DNA of 64,000 bases. It comes from Terriglobales bacterium. Lineage in GTDB: Bacteria; Acidobacteriota; Terriglobia; Terriglobales; Acidobacteriaceae. The notes beneath the pieces are model-generated. The model had not been told where the DNA came from, ran no database searches, and worked only from the letters and a program-made list of their open reading frames with translations. Position 1 is the first letter of the stretch; the number at the start of each line of letters is the position of its first letter. Shown here one piece after another: positions 1 through 9,579 of this stretch. The DNA lies in assembly GCA_035507035.1 (NCBI GenBank), contig DATJOJ010000032.1:40938-104937 (forward strand), read 5' to 3'. The translations under genes and the position numbers were made by a program.

Positions 1-480
1 AGGAATGACGCTTCGGCCGAAAGCCGCGGTTAGTGAGTCCAGCACGCGAGTGGCGTCGGCGCGTTCGCGGTCCATGCGGCTCGCGACGATAAGGCGGGGA
101 GTTTTAAATTCGTCGCAATAATTCCACACCCGCTGGGTCACGACTTCCACTCCGGCCACGCCGTCTACGACCACAATCGCGGCGTCGACGGCGGGTAGCA
201 TCATTTTGGCTTCATGCACGAACATGTTGAAGCCGGGCGTATCAATGATGTTGATCTTTGACTTGCCCCACTCCACGTAGGCCAGGGCGGAAGAAATTGA
301 CATTTTGCGGGCAATTTCTTCGTCGTCGTAGTCGGTGGTGGAGGTGCCGTCATCGACGCGACCGAGACGCTGGGTAGAGCCTGCGGTTTGCAGCATGGCG
401 GAGACGAGCGAAGTTTTGCCGGCCTTGCCGTGTCCCATCACGGCTACGTTCCGGATATTTGCGCCTTCGTAAACTTTCAC
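1..480 (-). CDS. Elongation factor G family translational GTPase (EF-G2-like paralog), N-terminal 160 aa; gene continues past window start
   Basis: Reverse translation from GTG 478-480 gives VKVYEGANIRNVAVMGHGKAGKTSLVSAMLQTAG...INIIDTPGFNMFVHEA, with G1 (GxxxxGKT/S) and G3 (DTPG) motifs. AGGAG (rc of 487-491) lies 6 nt upstream. The frame stays open to position 1. Confidence 0.8.
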   Translation of the reverse strand, partial: MKVYEGANIRNVAVMGHGKAGKTSLVSAMLQTAGSTQRLGRVDDGTSTTDYDDEEIARKMSISSALAYVEWGKSKINIIDTPGFNMFVHEAKMMLPAVDAAIVVVDGVAGVEVVTQRVWNYCDEFKTPRLIVASRMDRERADATRVLDSLTAAFGRSVIP

Positions 481-558
481 GGATTACTCCTTTGAAAAAA
501 TCTCAAGAAGGGCGGAAACCGCCCACTGGGCCGAGCACAGCCCGGCCTTCTGCTCTTT

Positions 559-590
559 GGATCTTCACCACGGCGGATCTTCACCACGGC
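559..590. repeat. Perfect 2 x 16-bp tandem direct repeat GGATCTTCACCACGGC in a divergent intergenic region
   Basis: Read directly: 559-574 and 575-590 are identical, followed by GG. The GGGCGGaaaCCGCCC hairpin at 510-524 lies just upstream. Confidence 0.9.
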
Positions 591-714
591 GGGCCCGTCA
601 AGAACGAGAAAGAGGACCAGTTACAAGCTCACACTGAGCAGCTTGCCGAAACTTCCGATGCTAACACAGCGGAAATTGGCGGAACAACTCGCTCTCCGGC
701 TATATTGGCGTGGA

Positions 715-1455
715 ATGGATGACCGGGACTTGGAGTATTCGCGCGAGCCGGTATTCCTTACGGCGGAGTGGCGGCACCTTGCGATGCTGAACTACGAAGT
801 CGACCCTAAGCTGCTCACGCAATTTGTCCCAGTGGGGGCGATGCTAGATAGTTGGAACGGCAAGACCTTCATCAGCTTGGTGGGATTTCGATTTTTAAAA
901 ACCCGGGTCCGGGGGGTTTCACTTCCGTTTCATCGCAACTTCGACGAGATTAATCTGCGGCTTTATGTCCGACGCGAAGACGAACCAAACATTAAACGCG
1001 GCGTTGTATTTATCCGCGAAATTGTTCCCCGACGACTCATCGCCGCTGTAGCCCGCGGTTTTTACAACGAACGCTATGTGGCTCTACCCATGTCCCACAA
1101 TATTAGGATTGGTGGCGATGCCGCCGAAGTGGAATACGGGTGGAAATTCAATGGAACCTGGAACAAGCTGTCATTGAAGGCTGATACAGCTCCCACGCTA
1201 CCGCAGGAAGATTCGGAGCAGGAATTTATCACCGAGCACTATTGGGGATACGCGTCGCAGAGAGACGGCGGATGCATGGAATATGAGGTGCGGCATCCGC
1301 GGTGGAAGGTTTGGACAGCATGCGAGGCGAGCTTTGAAGGAAAGGTGGATGAGTTGTATGGGAGAGAATTTGGCTCAGTGCTGAAGGACTCGCCGACATC
1401 AGCGTTTCTTGCCGAAGGATCTTTAATATCCGTTTGCCGTGGCCGGAGATTGTAA
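715..1455 (+). CDS. DUF2071 (YgjF-like) family protein
   Basis: ORF track 643..1455. EPVFLTAEWRHLAMLNYEVDPKLL...GKTFISLVGFRF... is typical of DUF2071. I prefer ATG 715 (MDDRDLEY), but TTG 643 and ATG 658 are not excluded. Confidence 0.65.
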   Translation: MDDRDLEYSREPVFLTAEWRHLAMLNYEVDPKLLTQFVPVGAMLDSWNGKTFISLVGFRFLKTRVRGVSLPFHRNFDEINLRLYVRREDEPNIKRGVVFIREIVPRRLIAAVARGFYNERYVALPMSHNIRIGGDAAEVEYGWKFNGTWNKLSLKADTAPTLPQEDSEQEFITEHYWGYASQRDGGCMEYEVRHPRWKVWTACEASFEGKVDELYGREFGSVLKDSPTSAFLAEGSLISVCRGRRL

Positions 1456-1459
1456 AGCA

Positions 1460-1783
1460 ATGCCAGCGACCGAGAGCCCGAATCGTGGCTGGGTGTTTTA
1501 CGACGGAGCGTGCGGTTTCTGCTCGCGATGGCTGAAATTTTGGCAGCCGACTCTAAAGCGATACGGTTTTGAGATTGCTTCTCTTCAAGAGGCCTGGGTT
1601 GCAGAGCGATTGCAACTTGCCGGGCCTGAGCTTCTTTATGACTTGCGCATGCTCATGAAAGATGGTCAAACGGCCGCGGGCGCGAATGTGTATCTGCAGG
1701 TGGCGCGAAGAATCTGGTGGGCATGGCCCTTTTATGCGGTGTTCAGCCTGCCAGGATTTAACCGACTGATTCACATAGCCTAG
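1460..1783 (+). CDS. DCC1-like thiol-disulfide oxidoreductase (DUF393)
   Basis: N-terminal YDGACGFCSRW (CxxC) signature. ATG 1460 is preceded by GGAGA. ORF track 1439..1783. Confidence 0.7.
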   Translation: MPATESPNRGWVFYDGACGFCSRWLKFWQPTLKRYGFEIASLQEAWVAERLQLAGPELLYDLRMLMKDGQTAAGANVYLQVARRIWWAWPFYAVFSLPGFNRLIHIA

Positions 1784-1855
1784 CGCTGGTTTGCCCGCAA
1801 TCGGTACTGCATATCCCACACATGCAGGCTTTCATAGGACAGAGCGTCGCCGGGA

Positions 1856-2485
1856 TCAGCTTTTAGCTTTGGCTTTGAGGTGAACTTTCCCGTTCTCGAC
1901 CTGGACCGAGTATTCGACGGCATGACAGCCGTGCTCCTTGCGGATTTGGCTGGTTTTTTTCTCCACGAACTTGGCAAAGCTATCGAGGTTGCCGCTAACG
2001 GATTCGCCGGCTTTTTTCTTGGCGGCAGTCAGGGCCTGGTAAAGTTTCTCGACACGCTCGCGCTCGGCACGGGGATCGGAGCAGTCGATAGTTAGAGGTT
2101 GCTCGCCCTTGGCCGGCGCGGGTCCAGCGGCTACGCCATGGCCAACCCCATAGGCCGGCCGATGTTGAGGCGCGTGGTCTTCGGCACGCACGCCCTGGAC
2201 AGAAAGGAGAGCGTCCTGCGGACGGCGATAGCCCTCTTCGCGAATGCGGCCTTTTTTCCTCCATAAGTCGCTGTAGACGGCATAGCGTTGCGCCAATTCG
2301 TTGTACTTGAAGCGTTGGGAGAACGTCAGCCGGCCGCCGTCGCTGAACTTGCGCAACAAGCTCAGCACTTTCCATTCGAGATCGGTGGGAGGCTTCTTGG
2401 TGGGATTGCTGAAGTACACCTCGTACTCGATTTTGAGGCGGCGCAATTGCGATTCGAATAGCGTTAGTTCTTCGTCAACGGTCAA
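1856..2485 (-). CDS. Conserved hypothetical protein, Lys-rich C-terminus
   Basis: ORF track 1856..2644, but the first ~50 aa are Pro/Ser/Arg junk. TTG 2485 is preceded by GGGGAG with a 7-nt spacer. I recognise no family with certainty. Confidence 0.55.
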   Translation of the reverse strand: MTVDEELTLFESQLRRLKIEYEVYFSNPTKKPPTDLEWKVLSLLRKFSDGGRLTFSQRFKYNELAQRYAVYSDLWRKKGRIREEGYRRPQDALLSVQGVRAEDHAPQHRPAYGVGHGVAAGPAPAKGEQPLTIDCSDPRAERERVEKLYQALTAAKKKAGESVSGNLDSFAKFVEKKTSQIRKEHGCHAVEYSVQVENGKVHLKAKAKS

Positions 2486-2707
2486 CGGAAGGCTCCCCGG
2501 TGACAGTGTAGGTTGATGACGTGGGCAGGACGAGGTGCCTATGGGCCACGGCGGGTATAGCACGAAAGTCACCCGGTCGACCGCGTTTCGTCTCGCAGAT
2601 CCTGGGGTTCCCGAGGACGGGCTCCAATTCGGTCCCCGCTCCACTTCTTCCGTGATTACGTGCTAACCTTTCCTGTCAGACATTACTCAACAATCAAGGG
2701 GTCAAGA

Positions 2708-2839
2708 ATGGCGAAAAATCACTACGTGACCAAGACGAAGCGGCGCAATCGTTCCGGAAAGCGTAAGGACACGAAGCGGATTGCTGCGAACATGGCCAAG
2801 ATCAAGCAACTCGAACGAGCTCAGAGCAAAACTGCATAG
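2708..2839 (+). CDS. Unannotated 43-aa highly basic small protein (MAKNHYVTKTKRRNRSGKRKDTKRIAANMAKIKQLERAQSKTA)
   Basis: Below the ORF-track size cutoff. ATG 2708 is preceded by AAGGGG (2696-2701) with a 6-nt spacer, and TAG is at 2837-2839. It ends 10 nt before the oligopeptidase start. Confidence 0.5.
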   Translation: MAKNHYVTKTKRRNRSGKRKDTKRIAANMAKIKQLERAQSKTA

Positions 2840-2849
2840 AGCGGTTTCC

Positions 2850-4943
2850 ATGAAGCGTCGAATTCTGATTCTCCTGTCACTGCTGGTGTTATCCGGCTTA
2901 GGTGTTGCTCAGACGGCTGCCCCTGCACCGGGCGGGCCTCCCGCAACGCGTCGCGACGACGTGCAGGAAACGCTGCATGGCGTCACCATCGCCGATCCAT
3001 ACCGCTGGCTGGAAGACCAAAATTCACCGGAAACGCGGACCTGGATCAACCAGCAGAACGCGTATACCCATTCGCTGTTGGATCGGTGGCCGGGGCGCGA
3101 CCGGCTGGAGAAGCGCTTGTCAGAATTGTGGGAAGTGGAGCGTATGACTTCGCCCATCGAGCGTCATGGGCGCCTCTTCTACCTGAAGTGTGCCGCATAC
3201 CAGGAACAGTTTGTCATCTACATGCGCGAGGGCGAACACGGCAAGGAGCAAGCGTTAATCGATCCCAACCCGATGAGCGCCGACCATTCCACCAATGTCA
3301 GCATTATGGATGTTGCGAAAAACGGGAAGCTCCTGATCTATGGCCTCCGGCTCGGAGGCAAGGATGAGAGTGAACTGCATGTAATGGACGTAGACAACAG
3401 ACGCGATCTCGGAGACATGCTGCCGGCACACGTGTACTTCGATGTTTCGTTCTTGCCCGACAGCAGCGGTTTCTATTACTCGATGATGGCCGACGAGGGA
3501 CCGCGCGTTCGCCTTCACAAAATGGGCACGAAGGCCGATGCGGATGTGGATGTATTCGGCAAGGGCTACACGAAACAAGACATCATTGTGGGCGATGTTT
3601 CAGAAGATGGCCGTCATTTAGTGATTCAGGCAATGCACGGTTCTGCGGCAGACTCGGTCGAAATTTGGGTCCAGAATTTGGCGAAGATGGGATCGATCGA
3701 GCCGGTGATTAAAGATCTCAAGGCGCGGACTTTTGCTTATGCCGTGGGAGACGATCTGTTCCTGCAGACGAATTACCAGGCTCCCAAGGGCAAAGTGATG
3801 CGGCTGAATCTGGCGAAGCCGGCTCCGGAGAACTGGCGCGAAGTTGTGCCGGAATCCGAAAATGCGATCGACAGTGTCACGCTCGCCGGCGGAAAGATCA
3901 TAGTTTCGTACGTCAAGAACGCGACAAACATCGTCAAAGCGTTTGAGCCGGATGGGAAGTTGGCATTCGAGGCGAGTCTGCCTGCGCTTGGCGCGACCTT
4001 CGACTTTCAAGGGAAGTGGGAGAACGAGAATCTTTACTTTGGCTTTGCGTCCTTTGTGGTGCCCAACACTCTTTATCGCTGGGATATGAAGAGGGGGAAA
4101 CAAGCGGTCTGGGCGCAGGTGAAAGTTCCGGTCGATTCCGCGAAGTTCGAAACGCAGCAGGTTTGGTATGCCTCGAAAGACGGAACCAAGGTGCCGATGT
4201 TTCTGGTTTACGCCAAGGGCACGAAGCTGGATGGCACGAACCCGGCTCTGCTCGAGGGATACGGCGGATTTGCGGTGAACAACACCCCTTACTTCGACCG
4301 GCAAGCGGTGGTATGGGCGGAGCGCGGGGGAGTATTCGCACTGGCGAGCCTGCGCGGTGGCGGCGAATTCGGCGAAGCCTGGCACAAAGCCGGCATGCTC
4401 GACAAAAAGCAGAATGTGTTCGATGACTTCATCGGCGCGTCCGAATGGCTAATCCAAAACAAGTACACCAATCCTGCGAAGCTATCGATTCTTGGAGGAA
4501 GTAACGGCGGGTTGCTGGTGGGAGCAGCGCTCACCCAGCGTCCGGAGCTCTATCAGGCAGTAGTTTGCTGGCATCCGCTACTCGACATGCTTCGCTATGA
4601 CCAGTTCATGGAAGCTCAGTTCTGGGTAACGGAGTATGGGACGGCGAAAGATCCGGAACAATTCAAGTGGCTGTATGCCTATTCACCGTATCAACACGTG
4701 AAGCAGGGCGTGAAATATCCGGCGGTGTTGTTCATGACCGGAGACGGCGATACGAGGGTGGCTCCGCTGCATGCGCGCAAAATGACTGCGCTGCTGCAGG
4801 CTGATACGGGGTCGAACCGGCCGATTCTGTTGCGATACGAGACTGCTGCGGGACACGCCGGCGGCCGATCTTTGAGCCAAGAGGTCGGGGACGACGTGGA
4901 TGAGCTGAGTTTTCTATTCTGGCAGCTCGATGTTGCGCCGTAA
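2850..4943 (+). CDS. Prolyl oligopeptidase (peptidase S9A), secreted
   Basis: Signal peptide MKRRILILLSLLVLSGLGVAQ. Motif DPYRWLED. Ser-Asp-His triad context: GGSNGGLL, TGDGDTRV, AAGHAGG. Confidence 0.9.
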   Translation: MKRRILILLSLLVLSGLGVAQTAAPAPGGPPATRRDDVQETLHGVTIADPYRWLEDQNSPETRTWINQQNAYTHSLLDRWPGRDRLEKRLSELWEVERMTSPIERHGRLFYLKCAAYQEQFVIYMREGEHGKEQALIDPNPMSADHSTNVSIMDVAKNGKLLIYGLRLGGKDESELHVMDVDNRRDLGDMLPAHVYFDVSFLPDSSGFYYSMMADEGPRVRLHKMGTKADADVDVFGKGYTKQDIIVGDVSEDGRHLVIQAMHGSAADSVEIWVQNLAKMGSIEPVIKDLKARTFAYAVGDDLFLQTNYQAPKGKVMRLNLAKPAPENWREVVPESENAIDSVTLAGGKIIVSYVKNATNIVKAFEPDGKLAFEASLPALGATFDFQGKWENENLYFGFASFVVPNTLYRWDMKRGKQAVWAQVKVPVDSAKFETQQVWYASKDGTKVPMFLVYAKGTKLDGTNPALLEGYGGFAVNNTPYFDRQAVVWAERGGVFALASLRGGGEFGEAWHKAGMLDKKQNVFDDFIGASEWLIQNKYTNPAKLSILGGSNGGLLVGAALTQRPELYQAVVCWHPLLDMLRYDQFMEAQFWVTEYGTAKDPEQFKWLYAYSPYQHVKQGVKYPAVLFMTGDGDTRVAPLHARKMTALLQADTGSNRPILLRYETAAGHAGGRSLSQEVGDDVDELSFLFWQLDVAP

Positions 4944-5050
4944 GATTTTCGCGGACAGCGACGGCTGTTCGGGAAGCTATCGCTATTGCGCTTGCGGACG
5001 GCTGCTAGATGAGTCATAAGGCTCGCCGTCCGCCAACGTTGTCAACCGAA

Positions 5051-6250
5051 TCACGGAGTGATCTTGTAAATGACGCCGTCTCCGCTGCTGCCACCGCTGG
5101 TGGTGGCGCCGTAAATGTTGCCCGAGCTGTCCTCGGCTAAGGGTCCGGCCGGATTGAATCCGTCGTCTGCGCCGGTAAAGCTGTAGATCACGGAATATTT
5201 GCCCTTCGTGCTTTCTCGGGCTACTACACCGCAACCAAAGGGGCAAGTTGAGTTCACGGTCCCGCCGTAGAAGGTCGTGGCGTACCCGTTGCCGTCAGCA
5301 AGGAAGAGGCCGGCGGAGGGCTCTGCTCCGTCGCCCGCTTGCTCGCCAAACGTGTGTAAGACTTGCTCCTTGCCTTGAGCGTTCACCGAGAAGGCAACGC
5401 CACAGCCGACGGTGCCAATGACGCAACTGGTGGTGTTGCCCCCGAACTGAGTCACGCCATAAAAAACGCCGTTTCCCGTCCGCAGCAGGCGCCATCGCGG
5501 AGAAGTTCCCTCCGCGCCTTCAGGAAATGTGTAAAGTGTCGACAGGTTGCCGCTCGTGTCCAGTTTAAATATCGTTCCCCCATTGCCCGCCATGTAGCTG
5601 CCGCCGCTGGCGCCGTAGATGTTGCCGGCCGCATCGTTGATGAGATCTTGAGGAAACCCTCCGTCGGCTTGTCCGGTAAATCGGTACAACACGGTCTCTA
5701 CGCCAGCCAGCGTGACCTTAAAAAGAACGCCGCAGCCCAAGCCGCCATCGCAGCTGGTAATGCCGCCAAAGCTGGCGCTGCCGTAGAGATTGCCCTTGAT
5801 CATGACCAATCCAAGCTCAGCCTGGCCCTGATTCTGAGAACCATCCGTACCGCCCAGGAAGGCATGCAGTGTCTTCAACGTTCCAGTCGTCGTCAGTTGG
5901 AAGACCGTGCCACAACTGCACGTGGGATCACCGCCCAAAGAAGTGATTCCGTAGAGATTGCCCGCGCTATCGCGAATTAACCGGCCAATCGGAATTCCTC
6001 CGTCGGTTGAACCAGTAAAGGTGTAGAGAATAGTCTCCTGCCCCGTGGGGGACAGTTCGAAAATGATCCCCCGGTTGGACGATCCTCCAAATTGGGTCGT
6101 GCCGTAGAAGTTCCCCGCGGAGTCCAGAATGAGACCTCCGTTTGGAGCGTCGCCGTTCTTAAAATTGAAAGTGTAGAAGACGCTGAAAGTCTGGGCAGAA
6201 GCGGCGGTAACAAGCAATGTGAGTGCGAGTATGCTGAAGATGCGTTTCAC
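5051..6250 (-). CDS. Secreted GloVer-type tandem-repeat protein (choice-of-anchor repeat)
   Basis: About 8 repeats of the pattern GG..G.IF.L...G..T.LY.F.G..DG..P.G.L..D..GN.YGTT..GG. GTG 6250 has GGAG 7 nt upstream. Signal peptide VKRIFSILALTLLVTAASAQ. Confidence 0.75.
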   Translation of the reverse strand: MKRIFSILALTLLVTAASAQTFSVFYTFNFKNGDAPNGGLILDSAGNFYGTTQFGGSSNRGIIFELSPTGQETILYTFTGSTDGGIPIGRLIRDSAGNLYGITSLGGDPTCSCGTVFQLTTTGTLKTLHAFLGGTDGSQNQGQAELGLVMIKGNLYGSASFGGITSCDGGLGCGVLFKVTLAGVETVLYRFTGQADGGFPQDLINDAAGNIYGASGGSYMAGNGGTIFKLDTSGNLSTLYTFPEGAEGTSPRWRLLRTGNGVFYGVTQFGGNTTSCVIGTVGCGVAFSVNAQGKEQVLHTFGEQAGDGAEPSAGLFLADGNGYATTFYGGTVNSTCPFGCGVVARESTKGKYSVIYSFTGADDGFNPAGPLAEDSSGNIYGATTSGGSSGDGVIYKITP

Positions 6251-6495
6251 CAGGAATCTCCTTAGGCTTCTAAAAAACAACATTGATTGTACTGCATCTG
6301 TCTTTTGCCATCGCAATAGACGATAAATCGGGGTATCCCGCAAAATCCTCACTCCGGTTTGTCAATGCTGGTGTTGCTAAACCCGGCGGCGGAATCGCTC
6401 GTGAGCCCGCCGTTCGGGATCGCGCTCCTCCGGTAGAATTGAGAGTCCGGGCGAGACATGGCTGTTTCAGGATTTCTCCGGACCTGAGCAATCGC

Positions 6496-8010
6496 ATGTT
6501 TAAGAAAATCCTCATTGCCAACCGAGGAGAAATTGCGGTACGGGTGATCCGCGCGTGTAAAGAGCTGAGGATTGCATCCGTCGCAGTGTATTCAGATGTG
6601 GATCGAGCCTCGCTGCATGTGCGAAAAGCGGATGAAGCGTACTCGATCGGCGCGGCCGCTGCGACCGAATCTTACTTGAATATCCCGAAGATTTTGGACG
6701 TGGCGAAGCGCTCCGGTGCGGAGGCCATTCATCCCGGGTATGGATTTTTGTCGGAGAACGCGGCGTTTGCGCAAGCCTGCGTCGATGCGGGATTGAAGTT
6801 CATCGGACCGACAGCGGCTTCGATGGAGATGATGGGTTCAAAAACCCGCGCTCGCCAGAATATGCAGAAGGCAGGGGTTCCGTTTGTGCCGGGCACGTCG
6901 AGTGGGCTGGAGTCGTTCGAGAAGGCGGCAGAAGCGGCGGCGAGGATTGGATATCCCGTAATGCTGAAGGCTGCGGCCGGCGGGGGCGGCAAGGGGATGC
7001 GTATGGTGGGCAACCCTGGGGAGTTGAAGTCAGCCTGGGAAGCGGCGCGGAGCGAGGCCTTGCGCGCGTTTGGCAACGATGAAGTTTATTTGGAACGGGT
7101 GCTGATTAATCCCCGGCACATTGAAATGCAGTTGCTGGCAGACGAGCACGGCAATGTCGTTTACCTCGGGGAACGCGAATGCTCGATTCAGCGGCGGCAC
7201 CAGAAAGTGATGGAAGAATCGCCCTCGCCAATCGTGGACGCTGACATGCGACGGCGGATGGGCGAAGTTGCGGTCCGGGTGGCGAAGGCTTCGGATTATA
7301 CGAATGCCGGGACAGTGGAGTTCCTGGTCGACAGCGATCGGAATTTTTATTTCCTCGAGATGAACACACGACTGCAGGTGGAACATCCGGTGACGGAATT
7401 GGTTACGGGATTAGATCTGGTGCATCTGCAGATTCGCATCGCTGCCGGAGAAAAATTGCCATTCCAACAGGAGGATGTGCAGATTCGCGGCCATGCCATT
7501 GAGTGCCGCGTGTACGCGGAAGATCCCGATAATAATTTTTTCCCAAGTCCCGGTAAGATTACGCTGTTGCTGCGGGCATCGGGGCCTGGAATTCGTTTGG
7601 ATACGGGCGTGTACGAGGGCTGGAACGTCCCCCTCGACTACGATCCGCTGCTGGCAAAGTTGTCTGGATTTGGAAGCGACCGGCAACAGGCAATCGCGCG
7701 GCTGGTGCGGGCGCTGAGCGAATATTTCGTCGGCGGGATCAAGACCAATGTGCCGCTGTTCCGGCGGATTCTCAAAGACCCGGAATTTGTGGCGGGAAAC
7801 ATTGACACCGGATATCTAGATCGGTTGCTGGAATCGCGGTTCGCAGAGCCTAATCGAGACAATGCAGATGTGGCAGCGATTGCGGCGGGGGTGTTTGCCG
7901 TGCTGGATGGTCAGACCGGCTCTGCAAGCAATGGAAGGCCGAGCGGCAACGAGGCTGCTTCTTCCGCCTGGAAGAGAGCAGCGCGGGCAGCCGTGTTGCG
8001 CGGGGATTGA
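6496..8010 (+). CDS. accC: Biotin carboxylase subunit of an acetyl/acyl-CoA carboxylase
   Basis: MFKKILIANRGEIAVRVIRAC, ATP-grasp glycine loop LKAAAGGGGKGMR, and EMNTRLQVEHPVTE. At about 505 aa it carries a C-terminal extension relative to stand-alone AccC. Confidence 0.85.
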   Translation: MFKKILIANRGEIAVRVIRACKELRIASVAVYSDVDRASLHVRKADEAYSIGAAAATESYLNIPKILDVAKRSGAEAIHPGYGFLSENAAFAQACVDAGLKFIGPTAASMEMMGSKTRARQNMQKAGVPFVPGTSSGLESFEKAAEAAARIGYPVMLKAAAGGGGKGMRMVGNPGELKSAWEAARSEALRAFGNDEVYLERVLINPRHIEMQLLADEHGNVVYLGERECSIQRRHQKVMEESPSPIVDADMRRRMGEVAVRVAKASDYTNAGTVEFLVDSDRNFYFLEMNTRLQVEHPVTELVTGLDLVHLQIRIAAGEKLPFQQEDVQIRGHAIECRVYAEDPDNNFFPSPGKITLLLRASGPGIRLDTGVYEGWNVPLDYDPLLAKLSGFGSDRQQAIARLVRALSEYFVGGIKTNVPLFRRILKDPEFVAGNIDTGYLDRLLESRFAEPNRDNADVAAIAAGVFAVLDGQTGSASNGRPSGNEAASSAWKRAARAAVLRGD

Positions 8011-8021
8011 GCTGAATCCGT

Positions 8022-8519
8022 ATGGTCTACGATGTCATCATCGATGACAAGAGTTACCGGCTAGAGCTGGAGCGCACTAGCGGCAAATGGCATTGCAAGC
8101 TCGATGGTCGGGAAGTCGAGATGGATGCCGTGCTGGCCCGCCGCGACGTGCTTTCGATTCTGATCGAAGGCAAGGCATACGAGATTAAGCGGGAACGCAC
8201 GGCAAACGATCTGCATTATTGGGTCGGAAGCGCGCGCTATGCGGCAGAGTTGCGCGATCCGCGTTCGCTGCGCAGCCGACAACGGGCAGCCGGTGATGAA
8301 CATGGGCCGCGAAAGCTGGTCGCGCCGATGGCGGGCAAAGTAGTGCGCGTGTTACTGCAAGAGAAGAGCGAAGTGGAAGCTGGACAGGGTGTACTTGTGG
8401 TCGAGGCGATGAAGATGCAGAACGAAATTAAATCGCCGAAAAAGGGTATGCTGCAGAAGATCGTCGCGATCGAGGGGACGGCGGTCAATGCCGGAGATGT
8501 GCTGGCGATCGTGGAATAA
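8022..8519 (+). CDS. Biotin carboxyl carrier (biotin/lipoyl attachment domain) protein
   Basis: C-terminal biotinyl domain with VVEAMKMQNEI (AMKM biotinyl-Lys). Lies 12 nt downstream of the biotin carboxylase. Confidence 0.8.
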   Translation: MVYDVIIDDKSYRLELERTSGKWHCKLDGREVEMDAVLARRDVLSILIEGKAYEIKRERTANDLHYWVGSARYAAELRDPRSLRSRQRAAGDEHGPRKLVAPMAGKVVRVLLQEKSEVEAGQGVLVVEAMKMQNEIKSPKKGMLQKIVAIEGTAVNAGDVLAIVE

Positions 8520-8539
8520 TCCGTCGTAGCCTAGAAAGA

Positions 8540-8902
8540 TTACTCCTGCACCAACCAATCTAATGCTTCCTCACGAGTTTTAAAGGTGGGCAGCTCTCGC
8601 TGCGAAAAAGCCTTCATGTGTTCGTAAAAGACTTTTGGCAGATTCTCGGTTCCTATCCAGGCCGACTTCTTCACATGCGGCCGATCGAAAACAAGCCCTT
8701 CTTTCATTGTAGTGACTGCATCGCGGTCGAACTCGGCGCCAGTAAAGTCAGTCAGGATTAGCAGAGAATGCTTGGGATGGGTGGTCACGAACTTCGGTAT
8801 TAAGCCAGCGATTCGCTTGACCTCGGGTGCCGAGCAGCCGGAAAGGTCGATCAGAAGAATGTTGTGCCCCTCATGCTGAATGAAGCGTATGCGATTTTCC
8901 AT
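8540..8902 (-). CDS. SpoIIAA-like / STAS-fold protein (DUF3478-like)
   Basis: 120 aa. The overall pattern (ILLIDLSG..., LILTDFTGAEFDRDA..., KKSAWIG) resembles STAS/SEC14-like stand-alone proteins. The call is by eye only. Confidence 0.45.
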   Translation of the reverse strand: MENRIRFIQHEGHNILLIDLSGCSAPEVKRIAGLIPKFVTTHPKHSLLILTDFTGAEFDRDAVTTMKEGLVFDRPHVKKSAWIGTENLPKVFYEHMKAFSQRELPTFKTREEALDWLVQE

Positions 8903-9012
8903 GGAGGTTGTGCCGCATCGCCGTTGAGCGACGGGCGCTGCCCATCATATTGCAACTTGGAGGCAGGAAGTCAAATTTGGGATGCCCGCCGGGGATTTCT
9001 CCTGGCTAGAGC

Positions 9013-9372
9013 CTAAATTCGCTCCAACTCCGGCAGAGTGCGCTCATTGGTGACATTGCCCGTGTTGAGGGTCGAAGCGGGTTCAAATAAGAGAATCCAG
9101 CATTCCTCATCGGCGACCGGTTTGTGTTCTACGCCGCGCGGCACCACGATGAACTCGCCTTCTTCGATCCAGACGTGGCGATCGCGGAATTCCATGCGGA
9201 AACGGCCCTTGACGACCAGGAACAGCTCGTCTTCGTGTTCGTGGTGATGGAAAACGAATTCGCCTTTCAGTTTGTCCAACTTGACGTGCTGACCGTTGAG
9301 TTCGGCGGCGACGTAGGGCTTCCAGAATTCGTTGATGCGGGAGAATTTCTGCGCGATGTTGACCTTGTCCAT
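9013..9372 (-). CDS. Cupin domain protein
   Basis: Cupin motifs FVFHHHEHEDELFLVV and VVPRGVEHKP. ATG 9372 has AGAGGA upstream. The ORF-track N-terminal extension looks non-coding. Confidence 0.75.
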   Translation of the reverse strand: MDKVNIAQKFSRINEFWKPYVAAELNGQHVKLDKLKGEFVFHHHEHEDELFLVVKGRFRMEFRDRHVWIEEGEFIVVPRGVEHKPVADEECWILLFEPASTLNTGNVTNERTLPELERI

Positions 9373-9579
9373 AGACAATCCTCTAATGTCAGGAAAGATT
9401 ACGGCGAAGCGATTGGTAGGATGAGGCGGAATTGGGGATGGTCGCAAAGAAAGAGTGGAGTGCATTATGGAAGCGAGCCAAACGCGCGTATTAGCTGTCG
9501 CAAAAAACGCGACAGATCGCGCGGCTCGCCCAGATCCCTCGCTGCGCAAAGGAGGCTTGCTCGGGATGACAATCTAGCA

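Noticed and set aside
459-722. 87-aa ORF in the EF-G2/DUF2071 intergenic region
   Set aside because: It spans the tandem repeat and hairpin, has no RBS, has an odd composition, and overlaps the start region of the DUF2071 gene.
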